64,000 nt of DNA, taken from the NCBI GenBank assembly GCA_051439605.1, contig JBFRWN010000044.1, forward strand, positions 1 to 64,000, given 5' to 3'. The position numbers and the translations under genes are program-made. Below, in pieces: positions 51,276-61,784 of this stretch; the first letter of the stretch is position 1; the number at the start of each line of letters is the position of its first letter. The notes under the pieces are model-generated. The model saw only the letters and a list, made by a program, of their open reading frames with translations, was not told the origin of the DNA and ran no database searches. This stretch comes from Synechococcus sp. Lineage in GTDB: Bacteria > Cyanobacteriota > Cyanobacteriia > Thermostichales > PCC-7336.

Positions 51276-52397
51276 ATGGCATCAGAGGGATCCTCTCAGA
51301 AAGAATTAGCCATTGAGCTCCTGGTATTTGTCGATCGACGAGCCGGTACCAGAGAACTGATTCGCTGTATTCGACAGCAGCTTGACGCTTTAGCAGGGAC
51401 CTATCCCGCACAGCTTGATGTGGTGGAGTTAGCAGAGCGACCCTATCTTGCAGAGCATTACAAGTTAGTGGCGACCCCAGCTCTTGTGAAGACCCATCCG
51501 CAACCCTCTCAGGTATTGGCAGGAAAAGATTTAGTTTCGCAACTAGAGATTTGGTGGCCCCGCTGGCAAGGGCAGTTAGAGACCCAGCTTCAGGGGGAGC
51601 AAGAGCTGGAGGAAGCCTACCATCCCTCCGAACAGACGGCGGAGCTATTGAGGCTATCTGACGAAATCTTTAAGTTGCGCCAAAAGGAGGCGGAGTTACA
51701 GGAGCAATTGTTATTTAAGGACCGCATTTTGGCGATGCTGGCTCACGATCTGCGTAATCCTCTAGCCGCAACGTCCCTTGCCCTAGAAACGCTGGAGCAA
51801 AATCGAGCCAGGCTGAAGCCGGAGACGGTTAAACAAATGTATAACCACGCCCGCAATCAGACCCGCCTGATGGACAGCATGATTGAGGATATTTTGGAGG
51901 CAGCCCGCGGCACGGCTTCAGAGTTGACTTTGAGCACTCGAGAATTTGAGTTTGCAGCTTTGTGTCGAGATGTTATTTCCGAAGTCGCCACAAGAGCCTC
52001 AGCCAAGGAGCTGACCCTAGAGACAGATATTCCTGAAGTACTCCCCACAGTGCACGCCGATCCAGACAAGATTCGCCAAGTTCTCATGAACCTCCTCGAT
52101 AACGCCATCAAGTACACCCCAACTAACGGGGTGATTCGCGTTACTGCGCTGCACCGTACCCGTCAAAAAGTAGAGGTCATCATTGAGGATACTGGACCAG
52201 GCATTCCTCAAGAGGCAAAGGAGAGAGTGTTTAGCGACACAGTCCGTCTATCGCGCGATCTTGACCGTGATGGATACGGCATTGGTTTATCTCTTTGTCA
52301 ACGCATCATTCGCGGTCATTACGGCAGGATATGGGTGGATTCAGAGCCTGGAGAGGGAAGCAGTTTCCATTTCACATTACCCATCTACCAGATGTAA
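51276..52397 (+). CDS. sasA: Circadian output histidine kinase SasA
   Basis: KaiB-like N-terminus (LLVFVD.R; PYLAEHYKLVATPALVK..P.P.QVLAG; WWPRWQ), AMLAHDLRNPL, NLLDNAIKYT, GYGIGL. Confidence 0.92.
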   Translation: MASEGSSQKELAIELLVFVDRRAGTRELIRCIRQQLDALAGTYPAQLDVVELAERPYLAEHYKLVATPALVKTHPQPSQVLAGKDLVSQLEIWWPRWQGQLETQLQGEQELEEAYHPSEQTAELLRLSDEIFKLRQKEAELQEQLLFKDRILAMLAHDLRNPLAATSLALETLEQNRARLKPETVKQMYNHARNQTRLMDSMIEDILEAARGTASELTLSTREFEFAALCRDVISEVATRASAKELTLETDIPEVLPTVHADPDKIRQVLMNLLDNAIKYTPTNGVIRVTALHRTRQKVEVIIEDTGPGIPQEAKERVFSDTVRLSRDLDRDGYGIGLSLCQRIIRGHYGRIWVDSEPGEGSSFHFTLPIYQM

Positions 52398-52543
52398 GCC
52401 CCTGAAAATCGGTCCTTTGTATCGTTAGTACAGTTTAGGGAAAGACAACTTAAAATTTCCCTAAATGTCTCAATGTGTACTTGTACCTATCGGGATCTTA
52501 AGATAACTTAACTAGTAGAAATATATTGCAACGGGTGAACCGC

Positions 52544-53899
52544 ATGGCAATCAAGGGTACAACAAAGCACCGAGTGGCCATTATTGGTGGCGGTTTTGGC
52601 GGCTTATCCGCTGCTCAAGCTTTAGGTAACGCTCCTGTTGAAGTCACCCTGATTGACAAGCGAAATTTTCATCTCTTCCAACCTCTTCTTTATCAGGTTG
52701 CGACTGGAAACGTTTCCCCTGCCGATATCTCGGCCCCTTTGCGTTCGGTCCTGAGCAAAAATTCAAACACGACTGTTCTGTTAGACGAGGCCATCGGCCT
52801 CGATCCAGATGCTCAGCAAATCGAGCTCCGGGACGGTACTGTCTCTTACGATACTTTAGTGATTGCTACGGGGTCTAGCCACCACTATTTCGGCAACGAC
52901 CAGTGGAGTGACATGGCTCCTGGTTTGAAGACTGTTGAGGATGCACTCAGCATTCGCGGACGTGTGTTTGCTGCTTTTGAGGCGGCTGAAAAAGAAGTCG
53001 ATGAAGAACGTCGCCGCACCCTACTGACCTTTGTCATCGTCGGTGCAGGACCCACGGGTGTCGAACTCGCTGGGGCGATCGCCGAGCTGGCCTATGTCAC
53101 GATGAAGGAAGACTTTCGCAATATTGATACTTCAGAAGCCCAAATTCTTTTGTTAGAGGGGGCCGATCGCGTCTTACCACCATTCAGCTCCGAATCATCC
53201 ACTGAAGCTGCTGAAGCTCTGCAGCGCCTAGGGGTTTCGATTCGCACGAAGTCTTTGGTAACAAATATTTCTGACGACAAGATACTGACCGTTAAGTGCG
53301 GTGACGATGTGGAATCATTTAAAGCCGAGACCATTCTGTGGGCGGCGGGTGTTAAAGCTTCCGGACTCGGTAAAGTACTTGCAGAAAAGACGGGCTCAGA
53401 GTTGGATCGTGCCGGTCGAGTCATCGTTAGCAAGGACCTTAGCCTAGAGAACTATCCCAACATTCATATCGTTGGGGACTTGGCCCATTACCTTCAAGAG
53501 GAGCGTCCCTTACCCGGTGTTGCCCCTGTGGCAATGCAGCAAGGAGAATATGTCGCCAAACTGGTACAGAACAAACTCGCTGGCAAGAAGACCGAGCCGT
53601 TTAAGTACGTCGATCGCGGCAGTATGGCCATCATCGGTCAGAATGAAGCTGTGGCGGACATGAAGCTTCTGAACCAAGATTTGAAGCTGAAGGGACCCTT
53701 TGCTTGGCTTGTATGGTTGCTAGCCCATATTTATTATCTGATTGAGTTTGATAGCAAGCTGATAGTGACCATTCAGTGGGTTTGGAACTACTTTACTCGC
53801 AAGCGTGGAGCCCGACTGATTACCGGTGAACCCCCTCAATCGCACTTAACTGTGAGAGTCCCTGATGTTCATGAAGAAAAAGCGTTGCAAGAAGCATAG
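52544..53899 (+). CDS. Type II NADH dehydrogenase (NDH-2)
   Basis: IIGGGFGG, FQPLLYQVATG, VGAGPTGVELAG, LWAAGV, VAPVAMQQG, Y.DRGSMA.IG. Confidence 0.93.
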   Translation: MAIKGTTKHRVAIIGGGFGGLSAAQALGNAPVEVTLIDKRNFHLFQPLLYQVATGNVSPADISAPLRSVLSKNSNTTVLLDEAIGLDPDAQQIELRDGTVSYDTLVIATGSSHHYFGNDQWSDMAPGLKTVEDALSIRGRVFAAFEAAEKEVDEERRRTLLTFVIVGAGPTGVELAGAIAELAYVTMKEDFRNIDTSEAQILLLEGADRVLPPFSSESSTEAAEALQRLGVSIRTKSLVTNISDDKILTVKCGDDVESFKAETILWAAGVKASGLGKVLAEKTGSELDRAGRVIVSKDLSLENYPNIHIVGDLAHYLQEERPLPGVAPVAMQQGEYVAKLVQNKLAGKKTEPFKYVDRGSMAIIGQNEAVADMKLLNQDLKLKGPFAWLVWLLAHIYYLIEFDSKLIVTIQWVWNYFTRKRGARLITGEPPQSHLTVRVPDVHEEKALQEA

Positions 53900-53933
53900 G
53901 GTCACACTCTTTCCCCTAATCTAATCTTGACGA

Positions 53934-53961
53934 TTCCCGAAGGTTTTGCCTTCGGGAACTT
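53934..53961 (+). terminator. Hairpin/terminator after the NDH-2 gene
   Basis: TTCCCGAAGG-TTTTG-CCTTCGGGAA, a 10-bp perfect stem. Confidence 0.65.
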
Positions 53962-54126
53962 GTATGTTGAAGAGGGGCGCTTCTATTTGTTAGATATCGG
54001 CTTTGGTCCCGGTAAAGGGTGAACAGGTGTAATATCTCAGATGGTTTGAAGACCGACATTGAGTACCATCCTATTGTCTCGGGAGCAAGGGATTAAGGTA
54101 CGATCGGCGCTGCAGTTGCCTGACGA

Positions 54127-55320
54127 ATGGCGATGGAATCCAAGATATTCGACTCCAATTTAAAAGTTGCAGTAGTTCACGATTGGTTGGTGGACTACTC
54201 GGGCTCAGAGCGAGTGGTAGAGCAACTGTTGAACCTGTTTCCTCAAGCGGAACTCTTTTCAGTAGTGGAAAATTTATCTCCAGAATTGAAAGGATTCATT
54301 CAAAACAAGTCAGTCCAAACGACATTTATTCAAAAACTCCCTTGGGGAAAGCAGAAATATCGACAATACTTACCGCTGATGCCATTGGCGATCGAACAAC
54401 TGGATTTATCATCCTACGACTTGATTCTATCTAGTTCACACGCTGTGTCAAAAGGAGTGCTCACTGGACCCGATCAATGCCATATCAGTTACGTACATTC
54501 ACCTATGCGCTATGCATGGGATCTGCAACATCAATACTTGGCAGAATCAGGTCTCAAGAGGGGAATAAAAAGTTGGTTGGCCAGATATTTTTTGCACAAT
54601 TTGCGCCAGTGGGATCGGCACAGTGCTCTAGGAGTTGACTATTTTGCAGCCAATTCAAAGTTTATTGCCCGACGCATTTGGAAGACCTATCGTAGAAAAG
54701 CTCGAGTAATTTCCCCCCCGGTTAATGTCAATCGGTTTGCCTGTCAGCCCTACTGTAAAGAGGACTTTTATTTAGCTGCCTGCCGCATGGTGCCATACAA
54801 ACGTATGGATCTCATCGTGGAGGCGTTTTCCCAGATGCCCACAAAGCGTTTGGTGGTCATTGGTGATGGACCGGGGTTGGATCGCGTTAAGAGTTTGGCT
54901 ACCTCCAACATCACACTGTTGGGATACCAGCCAGCAGCCAATTTTATTGACTATATGCAGCGGGCGAAAGCCTTTGTATTTGCCGCACAAGAGGATTTTG
55001 GAATTACGCTAGTTGAGGCCCAAGCTTGTGGAACCCCCGTCATTGCTTACGGTGCTGGAGGAGCATTGGAAACGGTGAAGGGGTTAGATTGCGATCGCCC
55101 TACAGGGGTATTTTTTCAGAAACAAACCATTGAAAGTTTGAAATCTGCTATTAACAGATTTGAGAATTCTTTTGCAGAAGTCGATCCAAAACAAATCAGC
55201 CTGAATTGTAGAGAAAACTCCCTACAGTTTAGTACCCAATATTTCCGTGAAAGACTTGCCGACTTCATTCAGGCAAGCTGGGTAGATTTTCAAAGCAACC
55301 TTTTCGCAGGAGGATGCTAG
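54127..55320 (+). CDS. GT4 glycosyltransferase (WbaZ/mannosyltransferase-like)
   Basis: VAVVHDWL....GSERV, YVHSPMRYAWD, RMVPYKR.DL, EDFGI..VEAQACGTPVIAY..GG.LETV. Confidence 0.92.
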   Translation: MAMESKIFDSNLKVAVVHDWLVDYSGSERVVEQLLNLFPQAELFSVVENLSPELKGFIQNKSVQTTFIQKLPWGKQKYRQYLPLMPLAIEQLDLSSYDLILSSSHAVSKGVLTGPDQCHISYVHSPMRYAWDLQHQYLAESGLKRGIKSWLARYFLHNLRQWDRHSALGVDYFAANSKFIARRIWKTYRRKARVISPPVNVNRFACQPYCKEDFYLAACRMVPYKRMDLIVEAFSQMPTKRLVVIGDGPGLDRVKSLATSNITLLGYQPAANFIDYMQRAKAFVFAAQEDFGITLVEAQACGTPVIAYGAGGALETVKGLDCDRPTGVFFQKQTIESLKSAINRFENSFAEVDPKQISLNCRENSLQFSTQYFRERLADFIQASWVDFQSNLFAGGC

Positions 55321-55397
55321 TGCAAGGGTTTATCAATATCAATGACTTCAATGAATAATTCAAGGAATTGCCTTTCAATTAAATCAGTTGAATCACA

Positions 55398-55973
55398 TCA
55401 GTTAAGGGATTGATGTCGCTGCCGATTGAACCTGTGCCACCAAAAATTTAAGGGTAGATAGACTGCAGGAGCCCATAGACTGGAAATTACTGCCGATTTA
55501 ATCACAATACTTCGATAGCTAAACCAGATAATTTTCAAGGAATTTTCAATCCAGCCAGCCCCTTTCTGATGCCACCCCAAAAACAGCGACCACTGCACAG
55601 CCAAGCAGGTCTCGGCCAGAAGTACCATTCCAAAGACAATCATGGCAACCGTAATAAAGTCTTCTCCGATCGATCGCCGCTTATGGAGTCGCGAGGTCAA
55701 CATTCCCACGAGTCCTAACCCCACAACATGAGATGGATAGCTATTGGTGAGGGAGTCATGCAAAATCCCGACGATCGCTCCGGCCACCGTCCCCTGCCAA
55801 GCAGGACGGTTGAGACTCCAACACACCACCCAGATCAGCGGCCAATCTGGAGCGATCCCTCCTAAAGTCATTCCAGGTAACTGTACCCAGGTCCCAATGA
55901 CACAGACCAACACCGTCAAAGTTGTTACGAACCAGTTAGCCCTTTGAGATAGGGGTATCCTACTTGCTTTCAT
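55398..55973 (-). CDS. mreD: Rod shape-determining protein MreD
   Basis: Hydrophobic; P.WPLIWVV.WS, G...DSLT, SSLWAP; third gene of mreBCD. Confidence 0.9.
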   Translation of the reverse strand: MKASRIPLSQRANWFVTTLTVLVCVIGTWVQLPGMTLGGIAPDWPLIWVVCWSLNRPAWQGTVAGAIVGILHDSLTNSYPSHVVGLGLVGMLTSRLHKRRSIGEDFITVAMIVFGMVLLAETCLAVQWSLFLGWHQKGAGWIENSLKIIWFSYRSIVIKSAVISSLWAPAVYLPLNFWWHRFNRQRHQSLN

Positions 55974-56724
55974 GGTTTAAATCGTGATGGCTGTAAATCA
56001 CCCCCCACTCCAATAGACCGATGGGGGCAGAAAGCTGAACAAAAGCAGTCGGTGCAGGGGTCGCATTCAAATCGATCAACCGCACGTGTCCGATCACAAG
56101 GCCGCCAGGAAAGCGACTACCCAACCCAGAGGAAAGGACCACATCTCCCACTTGAATATCTGGCATACGATCGAAAAACTCTATCCTCGCCAAATCGGAG
56201 CCCAGACCTTGCAAAATTCCCATAGCGCGGCTGCGTCCTAAGATAATCCCCACCCGACTGGTCGGATCGCTAACCAACAAAACCCGGCTCGTATTGGCAG
56301 AGACGCTTTCCACCCGACCCACCAACCCGCCCGGAGCCGTCACCACGTGACCAATCTCAACATTATGGTTGGTCCCTTTGCTTAAGGTCAGGTGCTGCCA
56401 CCAGCGATCGGCTCCGCGAGCCACTACTGCAGCTGGTATAGCTTTATTCCCAAACTCTTGCTTAACCTGTAGCAGCTCCTGAAGCTGATGATTTTGATGT
56501 TTTAACTCCTCGACTTGAGCGCGCAACTCTTGATTGGCGGCAGTGGATAAAGCCATGTCCCCATTGATTTTGGGACGGAACGGGGTCGACAGCAGAGCGT
56601 AGGTTTCCGATAGCAAAGCGCCGTCGGTTTGGTGCAACACAAATGCTCCCCCCACAGCTAAAATCGTGAGGATTGCCGGAGGACCTAACCGTTCCCAGTA
56701 TTTGCGTGCAGCATCAAACGCCAT
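55960..56724 (-). CDS. mreC: Rod shape-determining protein MreC
   Basis: TM plus coiled coil, A.VVAR..D.WW..LTL.KG, GGLVGRV, SRVLL.SD, SGL...FP.GL.IG. Confidence 0.93.
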   Translation of the reverse strand: MAFDAARKYWERLGPPAILTILAVGGAFVLHQTDGALLSETYALLSTPFRPKINGDMALSTAANQELRAQVEELKHQNHQLQELLQVKQEFGNKAIPAAVVARGADRWWQHLTLSKGTNHNVEIGHVVTAPGGLVGRVESVSANTSRVLLVSDPTSRVGIILGRSRAMGILQGLGSDLARIEFFDRMPDIQVGDVVLSSGLGSRFPGGLVIGHVRLIDLNATPAPTAFVQLSAPIGLLEWGVIYSHHDLNHESK

Positions 56725-56864
56725 TGCAACCGAATTGCCTATTAGTTAGAGGTGAGGTCTTACAAGAAGCATTTATCGCCTTTCATTCAAATTGAAGTTT
56801 TCATCAAAGGTCGATCGAACTGTTCCAGAACCAGTGAAAAATAGAAGAAAGAGGGCTCTCAAAT

Positions 56865-57899
56865 CTAGGCCTTGTGGCTGCTGCTGATGACTCGGCCTAA
56901 CTCTTCGAAATTCTCTAGTACTCGTCCTGTACCCAACGCCACGCAACTTAATGGATCTGCGGCAATGTGAACCAAAATCCCGGTTTCGTGGCTAATAAGA
57001 GCATCTAAGCCGCGCAATAGAGCCCCACCACCTGCCAGCATAATGCCGCGGTCAATGATGTCCGCAGCGAGTTCGGGGGGGGTACGCTCCAGGGTGCGCT
57101 TAATGGCCTCGACGATTGCTGAGAGGGGCTCGCTCATGCACTCCCGGATCTCGGGGCTCTTTACCGTCACAGTACGAGGCAAACCCGACAGCAAATGCAA
57201 TCCTCGAACCTCCAGCGATAGCTCCTCATGAGCGGGATAGGCTGAACCAATCCGCATCTTGATTTCCTCGGCCGTTCGCTCGCCAATGACGAGATTATGC
57301 ACTTTCTTCAAATACTGAGCGATCGATTCCGTGAGTTCATCCCCTGCAATCCGGATTGATTCGCTCAAAACCGGCCCGTGCAAACTCAGCACTGCCACCT
57401 CAGTTGTTCCCCCACCAATATCAACAACCATGCTGCCCGTGGCTTCAGTCACCGGCATGCCGGCTCCAATGGCTGCAGCCACAGGTTCATCTACTAGATG
57501 TACTTCTCGTGCGCCTGCCTGAATAGTCGCCTCCATAACCGCCCGTCGCTCGACCCCCGTAACACCGCTGGGGATACCGATCACGATGCGGGGCTTGATT
57601 AGCGATCGTCCTTCATTAACTCGATGGATGAAGTGGTTCAGCATCATCTCCGCAATATCAAAATCGGCAATCACCCCATCCCGCAATGGACGAACAGCCG
57701 AAATATTGAGAGGTGTTCGCCCTAGCATGAGCTTGGCTGCAGCGCCAACCCGCAGCGGAGCTCTAGTTGCTTGGTCAATCGCTACCACCGATGGTTCCGA
57801 CAGGACAATCCCCCTGCCTGCCAGAAAAACCAGCGTGTTTGCCGTACCCAAATCGATTCCCATATCACGGGAAAACCAATCGAAAAGTCCCACAGCCAT
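56865..57899 (-). CDS. mreB: Actin-like MreB
   Basis: DMGIDLGTANTL, EPSVVA, PLRDGVIADF, VDIGGGTTEVA, LAGGGALL. Confidence 0.98.
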   Translation of the reverse strand: MAVGLFDWFSRDMGIDLGTANTLVFLAGRGIVLSEPSVVAIDQATRAPLRVGAAAKLMLGRTPLNISAVRPLRDGVIADFDIAEMMLNHFIHRVNEGRSLIKPRIVIGIPSGVTGVERRAVMEATIQAGAREVHLVDEPVAAAIGAGMPVTEATGSMVVDIGGGTTEVAVLSLHGPVLSESIRIAGDELTESIAQYLKKVHNLVIGERTAEEIKMRIGSAYPAHEELSLEVRGLHLLSGLPRTVTVKSPEIRECMSEPLSAIVEAIKRTLERTPPELAADIIDRGIMLAGGGALLRGLDALISHETGILVHIAADPLSCVALGTGRVLENFEELGRVISSSHKA

Positions 57900-58421
57900 C
57901 CCCTTATTACAGTCAGGTTGGATCGAGAGTCAGGTGGGGGGAAGAGTTCGCAAACCGTCTTCCCAAAGCGATTACATGCGCCAATCTGAAAATGACCTAC
58001 ACCACCTATAGTGTAATACTAGTAAAAAACGACTTGTAATACACAACAAATTGATTTGAATTCAGTTTACTGCAGGGTGTCTTGCAGCATTTCATTTAGA
58101 AATCTAAGATTTTTCGAATATGAGACCTGCCTTAATGCCACGCCAGCAGAGGCATTTGTACCGTTGCTCAGTCTGAAAGCGTCGGCATCAGATATCTACC
58201 TCCATTGAGTTAGAGGGCAATGCTGTAGCCAACAGATCGTTGAAATTCCCAAAAAGTAGGGAGCAAGATTTAAGAATCCGTTTTGTTAAGGGAACCTTAC
58301 ACCGCTTGGACTTGATGGCAGCAGAGTCAGTCACGGCAACAATAACGATTGGGAACATCTCCATAGATCGCGTCAACCTCATCCAAATTGATGTTACGGA
58401 GGCATTGGATCAATGTTGGCC

Positions 58422-59132
58422 TCAGAACTCACCGTCTAATCCCAGTTCCAAATATTTAGCCTTCACTGTCTGGATATCCTGCCACATCAACCACTTCGGT
58501 CCCCCTTGCTTACGAGAGGAATTGCGCAGTAGATAGGCGGGGTGAAAGATTGGCATCGTTAACCGTCCTTGCCATTCAAACCACTGTCCCCGAATTTTGG
58601 TAATGCCTTGCTTTTCCTTCAAAATGGCTCGCACGGCGGTAGCGCCGGTTAGGAGAATTATCTTTGGGTCGATGATGCGAATTTGCTCTAATAGATAGGG
58701 TTTACAGGCTTCCATCTCAGCTGGTGTAGGGGTTCGATTGCCGGGGGGACGGCATTTGACGACATTACAGATGTAAACGTCTGAAGCCGGGTCTAGCTCC
58801 ACAGACTGTAGGATTTTGTCTAGGAGTTGTCCTGATTTGCCCACAAACGGTAAGCCCTGTTCATCCTCATTTTTCCCTGGTCCCTCTCCAATAATCATCA
58901 GCTTCGCTTGAGGGTTCCCCCTCTGCAAAACAGAATTGGTGCGTCCTGTATGCAATTCGCACCGCTGACACGCAGCACAGTCATGCCCTAACTGTTCCAA
59001 GGTTTTGTAGGTGCCGGGGTGAATCGGAATGCTACTGTCCAGTGGAATGCGGTTGAGATCGACATCGGTGAGAGGGGCGGAGGGAGAGGCTTCGGTGGCA
59101 GCGAATAAAGACGTTTGCAATTCCTCAGACAT
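58422..59132 (-). CDS. Uracil-DNA glycosylase, family 4 (4Fe-4S)
   Basis: C..C.L, IGEGPG.NED.QG.PFVG.SG.LL, NVVKCRPP.NR.P, HPAYLLR. ATG at 59132 preferred. Confidence 0.93.
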   Translation of the reverse strand: MSEELQTSLFAATEASPSAPLTDVDLNRIPLDSSIPIHPGTYKTLEQLGHDCAACQRCELHTGRTNSVLQRGNPQAKLMIIGEGPGKNEDEQGLPFVGKSGQLLDKILQSVELDPASDVYICNVVKCRPPGNRTPTPAEMEACKPYLLEQIRIIDPKIILLTGATAVRAILKEKQGITKIRGQWFEWQGRLTMPIFHPAYLLRNSSRKQGGPKWLMWQDIQTVKAKYLELGLDGEF

Positions 59133-59404
59133 GCGGCAGCGGAAAATAGACAGCAGTTGATCTTCATTATGGCGGGGCGATCGCCCTCCCGAGAGAAGAT
59201 AGGATTTTCTCAAGCTCTGGCAAGAGTTCGGCATTCCCCAGGGGCTTCAGTTTTTTGAGGATGAATTAAGCCGCGATCCTGATACGCACTGCCCACTTTC
59301 AGCTGAAGACTGCTGGATAAGCAGACTGGCTTGCGGAAGATGCCGCACACGGGGTGGAGGACACAGCATCCAGCTAAAGCAACTGGTCCTTAACGTCGAT
59401 CGGG

Positions 59405-59429
59405 AAAAAAAAGCCGCCCTTGAGGCGGC
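59405..59429 (-). terminator. Intrinsic terminator after cp12
   Basis: Minus strand reads GCCGCC-TCAAG-GGCGGC-T8. Confidence 0.8.
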
Positions 59430-59481
59430 AAGGCTATATTCGCATTAGGAGAGTCAATGACAGCAAAAAACTAGCTGGTCA

Positions 59482-59694
59482 TTAATCTTCGTAAATTAAG
59501 CATTCAGGAGAATCGGGACTTTCTGCGCATAAAACATCAAGACTACTGGGAGGATTTGGCCGGTGGCTACGGGCGGCTAAAACTTCTTCAACCGCATCCC
59601 AAGCGGCTCGGCAATGGGGATCCGTTTCACCATAGGTAGAGCAGATAGAGCGAGCTTGCTCTAGCTCTTGCGTAACTGCATCCGAAAGACTCAT
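59482..59694 (-). CDS. cp12: Calvin cycle regulatory protein CP12
   Basis: N-terminal Cys pair, AWDAVEE core, C-terminal Cys pair with C...PD.PECLIYED. Confidence 0.95.
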   Translation of the reverse strand: MSLSDAVTQELEQARSICSTYGETDPHCRAAWDAVEEVLAARSHRPNPPSSLDVLCAESPDSPECLIYED

Positions 59695-60188
59695 GACATC
59701 TTAGCTCCTGTCGGTCTCAATGCCCTAAGCTTAACCCGCTTGACCCACAAATATGACACGCTTAATAACAGCTACAGATACGAGAAAATCTCGCCTAAAA
59801 AGTAATTTATAGACATATTTTTGTTAAATCACTTTTTCCAGAAATTCCTATAAACATCTCTCCCAAGCCTACTCCCCTAAAATAGTATCGAGAGACACCA
59901 ACCGAATAAACATTCACGTTCTTGGGCGCGGCTACAATTCGTTTTAACTTTACGTTGGGCTGGCACGATCGCCCATTAACCACCGTTCTCTCGTACCTTG
60001 CAGAGCGATTTACTCTACTGAACAGTGGGGCTGCTGGCTAACAGGGGTACTGACTGGAGGAACTTTAGTAACTAGCAGGTCCAAACAGAGGGGTCTGATA
60101 GAGTGGTGAAATCTTCAATTTTGTCTTGGATGGACCTTCGTGGGCATGCTGACATTCTTAGCCTTCACTGACGTACTAGCCCTTCATC

Positions 60189-61721
60189 GTGATTGAAGTC
60201 GAAGTTCACCAACATTTGCGTCGCCTACTGCGACAGCAGCGATCGCCCGATGGGGGAAGGTTTGAAAGCTGGCCCCATCAATTGACGATGGCACGGTTAG
60301 TGGCGCGGGGATTGCGGCTGCAGCGCCATGCCCTCATTCAAGTGCCCACAGGGGACTCTCATCAACTCAGCTACCTGCTGCCGGCATTAATGTGGCCCGG
60401 AGCCACCATCATTTGCGCTCCGCAAAAGGTGCAATCTCAACTAATCTACGGCGGCGTCCCTCAACTGCAGGCCTCCTTAGAATTTCGCAAACCAGTCCTA
60501 CAGGCGAATCATTTCCCCCCTGGGTTTGAGGGGGTTCTATTAGTCGATCCGTTAGTGTGGTTGCGCGATCGCCTAAATCGCTTTCCTGGCCAAGTCCCCC
60601 GCTTCCCCGTTGATATTCCTCTGATTGTGGACAGAGCAGAATACCTCGAAGAGTGGGCTCAGCAAGCGCTCACAGTTTCTCTCACAGGAGATGACTGGCA
60701 TCGATTAGAGCTTGCCCTCCCCCAGTTAGCTGCCTGTATCCGGAAGAGTCGTGTAGCGCTGGTGCAAAAGTTTAGCCGCCGCCCTCTGAACCATTTTTTG
60801 ATGCATGCTGATGAGCGCGCGCTGCTGCAAAAGGTCCTCGAAGCCGTCAGTATCGAGCCAGTCCTATTACCCTCCCCCTGGGCACAACTGCAGCAGTATT
60901 GGCAACAGTCCGATTGGGTATTGTGGGCGGAACGCCCATCAGAGCTGCAAGAATGCAGAATCAACTTCAGTCCCGTTAAACTCGCTCCAATTCTGGAGCA
61001 GCGCCTGTGGCCAACTCAGGCCATCGTGGCCATTGGCGAATCCTTAGACATCGATCGAGATGCCAGAGCGTTTCGGTTGCGGTTGGGGCTTCCCGATTTA
61101 ACCGCTCTTCAATTTCAGCCCGATCGCCAAGACCGAGTAGTAAATCTACATACCCCCAGCCCATTTCCAGCCCCCAACAATCCTCTATTCCGCGATCGCC
61201 TCATCCAAAAACTGAAGCGACTAGTGGGTCATGCAACAAAAGGACCGGTGGTCATCTTGCTCTCCGATCGACCGTTGTTGGCGCAGGTAGGGGCAGCTTT
61301 AGCAGCGGAATTTGGAACCCGAGTCAAGGTGAACGCTCCCTATCAAGTTCGCAGAGGAATTTTGGTCTGTGATTGGCATTTTTGGTTGGAGCATAAGGAT
61401 CGGATGACGACCCCGGCTTTGTTGGCGATCGCCACTTTACCGTTTCCCTCTATGGAAGATCCTCGGGTCGCTGGTCGAGTTAATTATCTAAAGCAATTGC
61501 GGCAGGACTGGTTTAGAGATTACCTGCTGCCTGTTGCCGCAAGTCATCTACAGAGGGCGGTGGGACCTCTACGGGGGACTGATGGACTGGTGGTCATTCT
61601 GGATATCCGCATGCTCGCTCGCAGCTATGGCAAACAATTGCTGGAGAACATGACACCTGCCTTATCTATTTCCGAGAGGGAGGTCGTAGACAAACTTGAA
61701 GCTTATGAAGCTGATTTGTGA
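60189..61721 (+). CDS. DinG/YoaA-like helicase-family protein with degenerate N-terminal motifs
   Basis: MIEVEVH..LR, WPHQLTMARLVAR.LR, SYLLPAL; C-terminal LPFP...DP, LQRAVGPLR, G.V.ILD.R...RSYG. Confidence 0.82.
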   Translation: MIEVEVHQHLRRLLRQQRSPDGGRFESWPHQLTMARLVARGLRLQRHALIQVPTGDSHQLSYLLPALMWPGATIICAPQKVQSQLIYGGVPQLQASLEFRKPVLQANHFPPGFEGVLLVDPLVWLRDRLNRFPGQVPRFPVDIPLIVDRAEYLEEWAQQALTVSLTGDDWHRLELALPQLAACIRKSRVALVQKFSRRPLNHFLMHADERALLQKVLEAVSIEPVLLPSPWAQLQQYWQQSDWVLWAERPSELQECRINFSPVKLAPILEQRLWPTQAIVAIGESLDIDRDARAFRLRLGLPDLTALQFQPDRQDRVVNLHTPSPFPAPNNPLFRDRLIQKLKRLVGHATKGPVVILLSDRPLLAQVGAALAAEFGTRVKVNAPYQVRRGILVCDWHFWLEHKDRMTTPALLAIATLPFPSMEDPRVAGRVNYLKQLRQDWFRDYLLPVAASHLQRAVGPLRGTDGLVVILDIRMLARSYGKQLLENMTPALSISEREVVDKLEAYEADL

Positions 61722-61784
61722 GTAAATGCCCAATCTAGAGCTGCGGCTCGCCCAATAATCATCAACTCCAGAACCTGAAACCCG

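Larger units (their letters stand above)
2855..61430. repeat. Dispersed HIP1 octamer GCGATCGC
   Basis: Many copies across the window, e.g. 2855-2862, 12883-12890, 26421-26428 and 45411-45418, mostly inside CDSs. Confidence 0.9.

Noticed and set aside
58188..58536. ORFs between mreB and the uracil-DNA glycosylase gene (possible ssb remnant)
   Set aside because: No OB-fold or other recognisable motif in either ORF.
59482..59694. CP12 as an unusual variant
   Set aside because: It has both Cys pairs and the AWDxVEE core, i.e. the canonical type.
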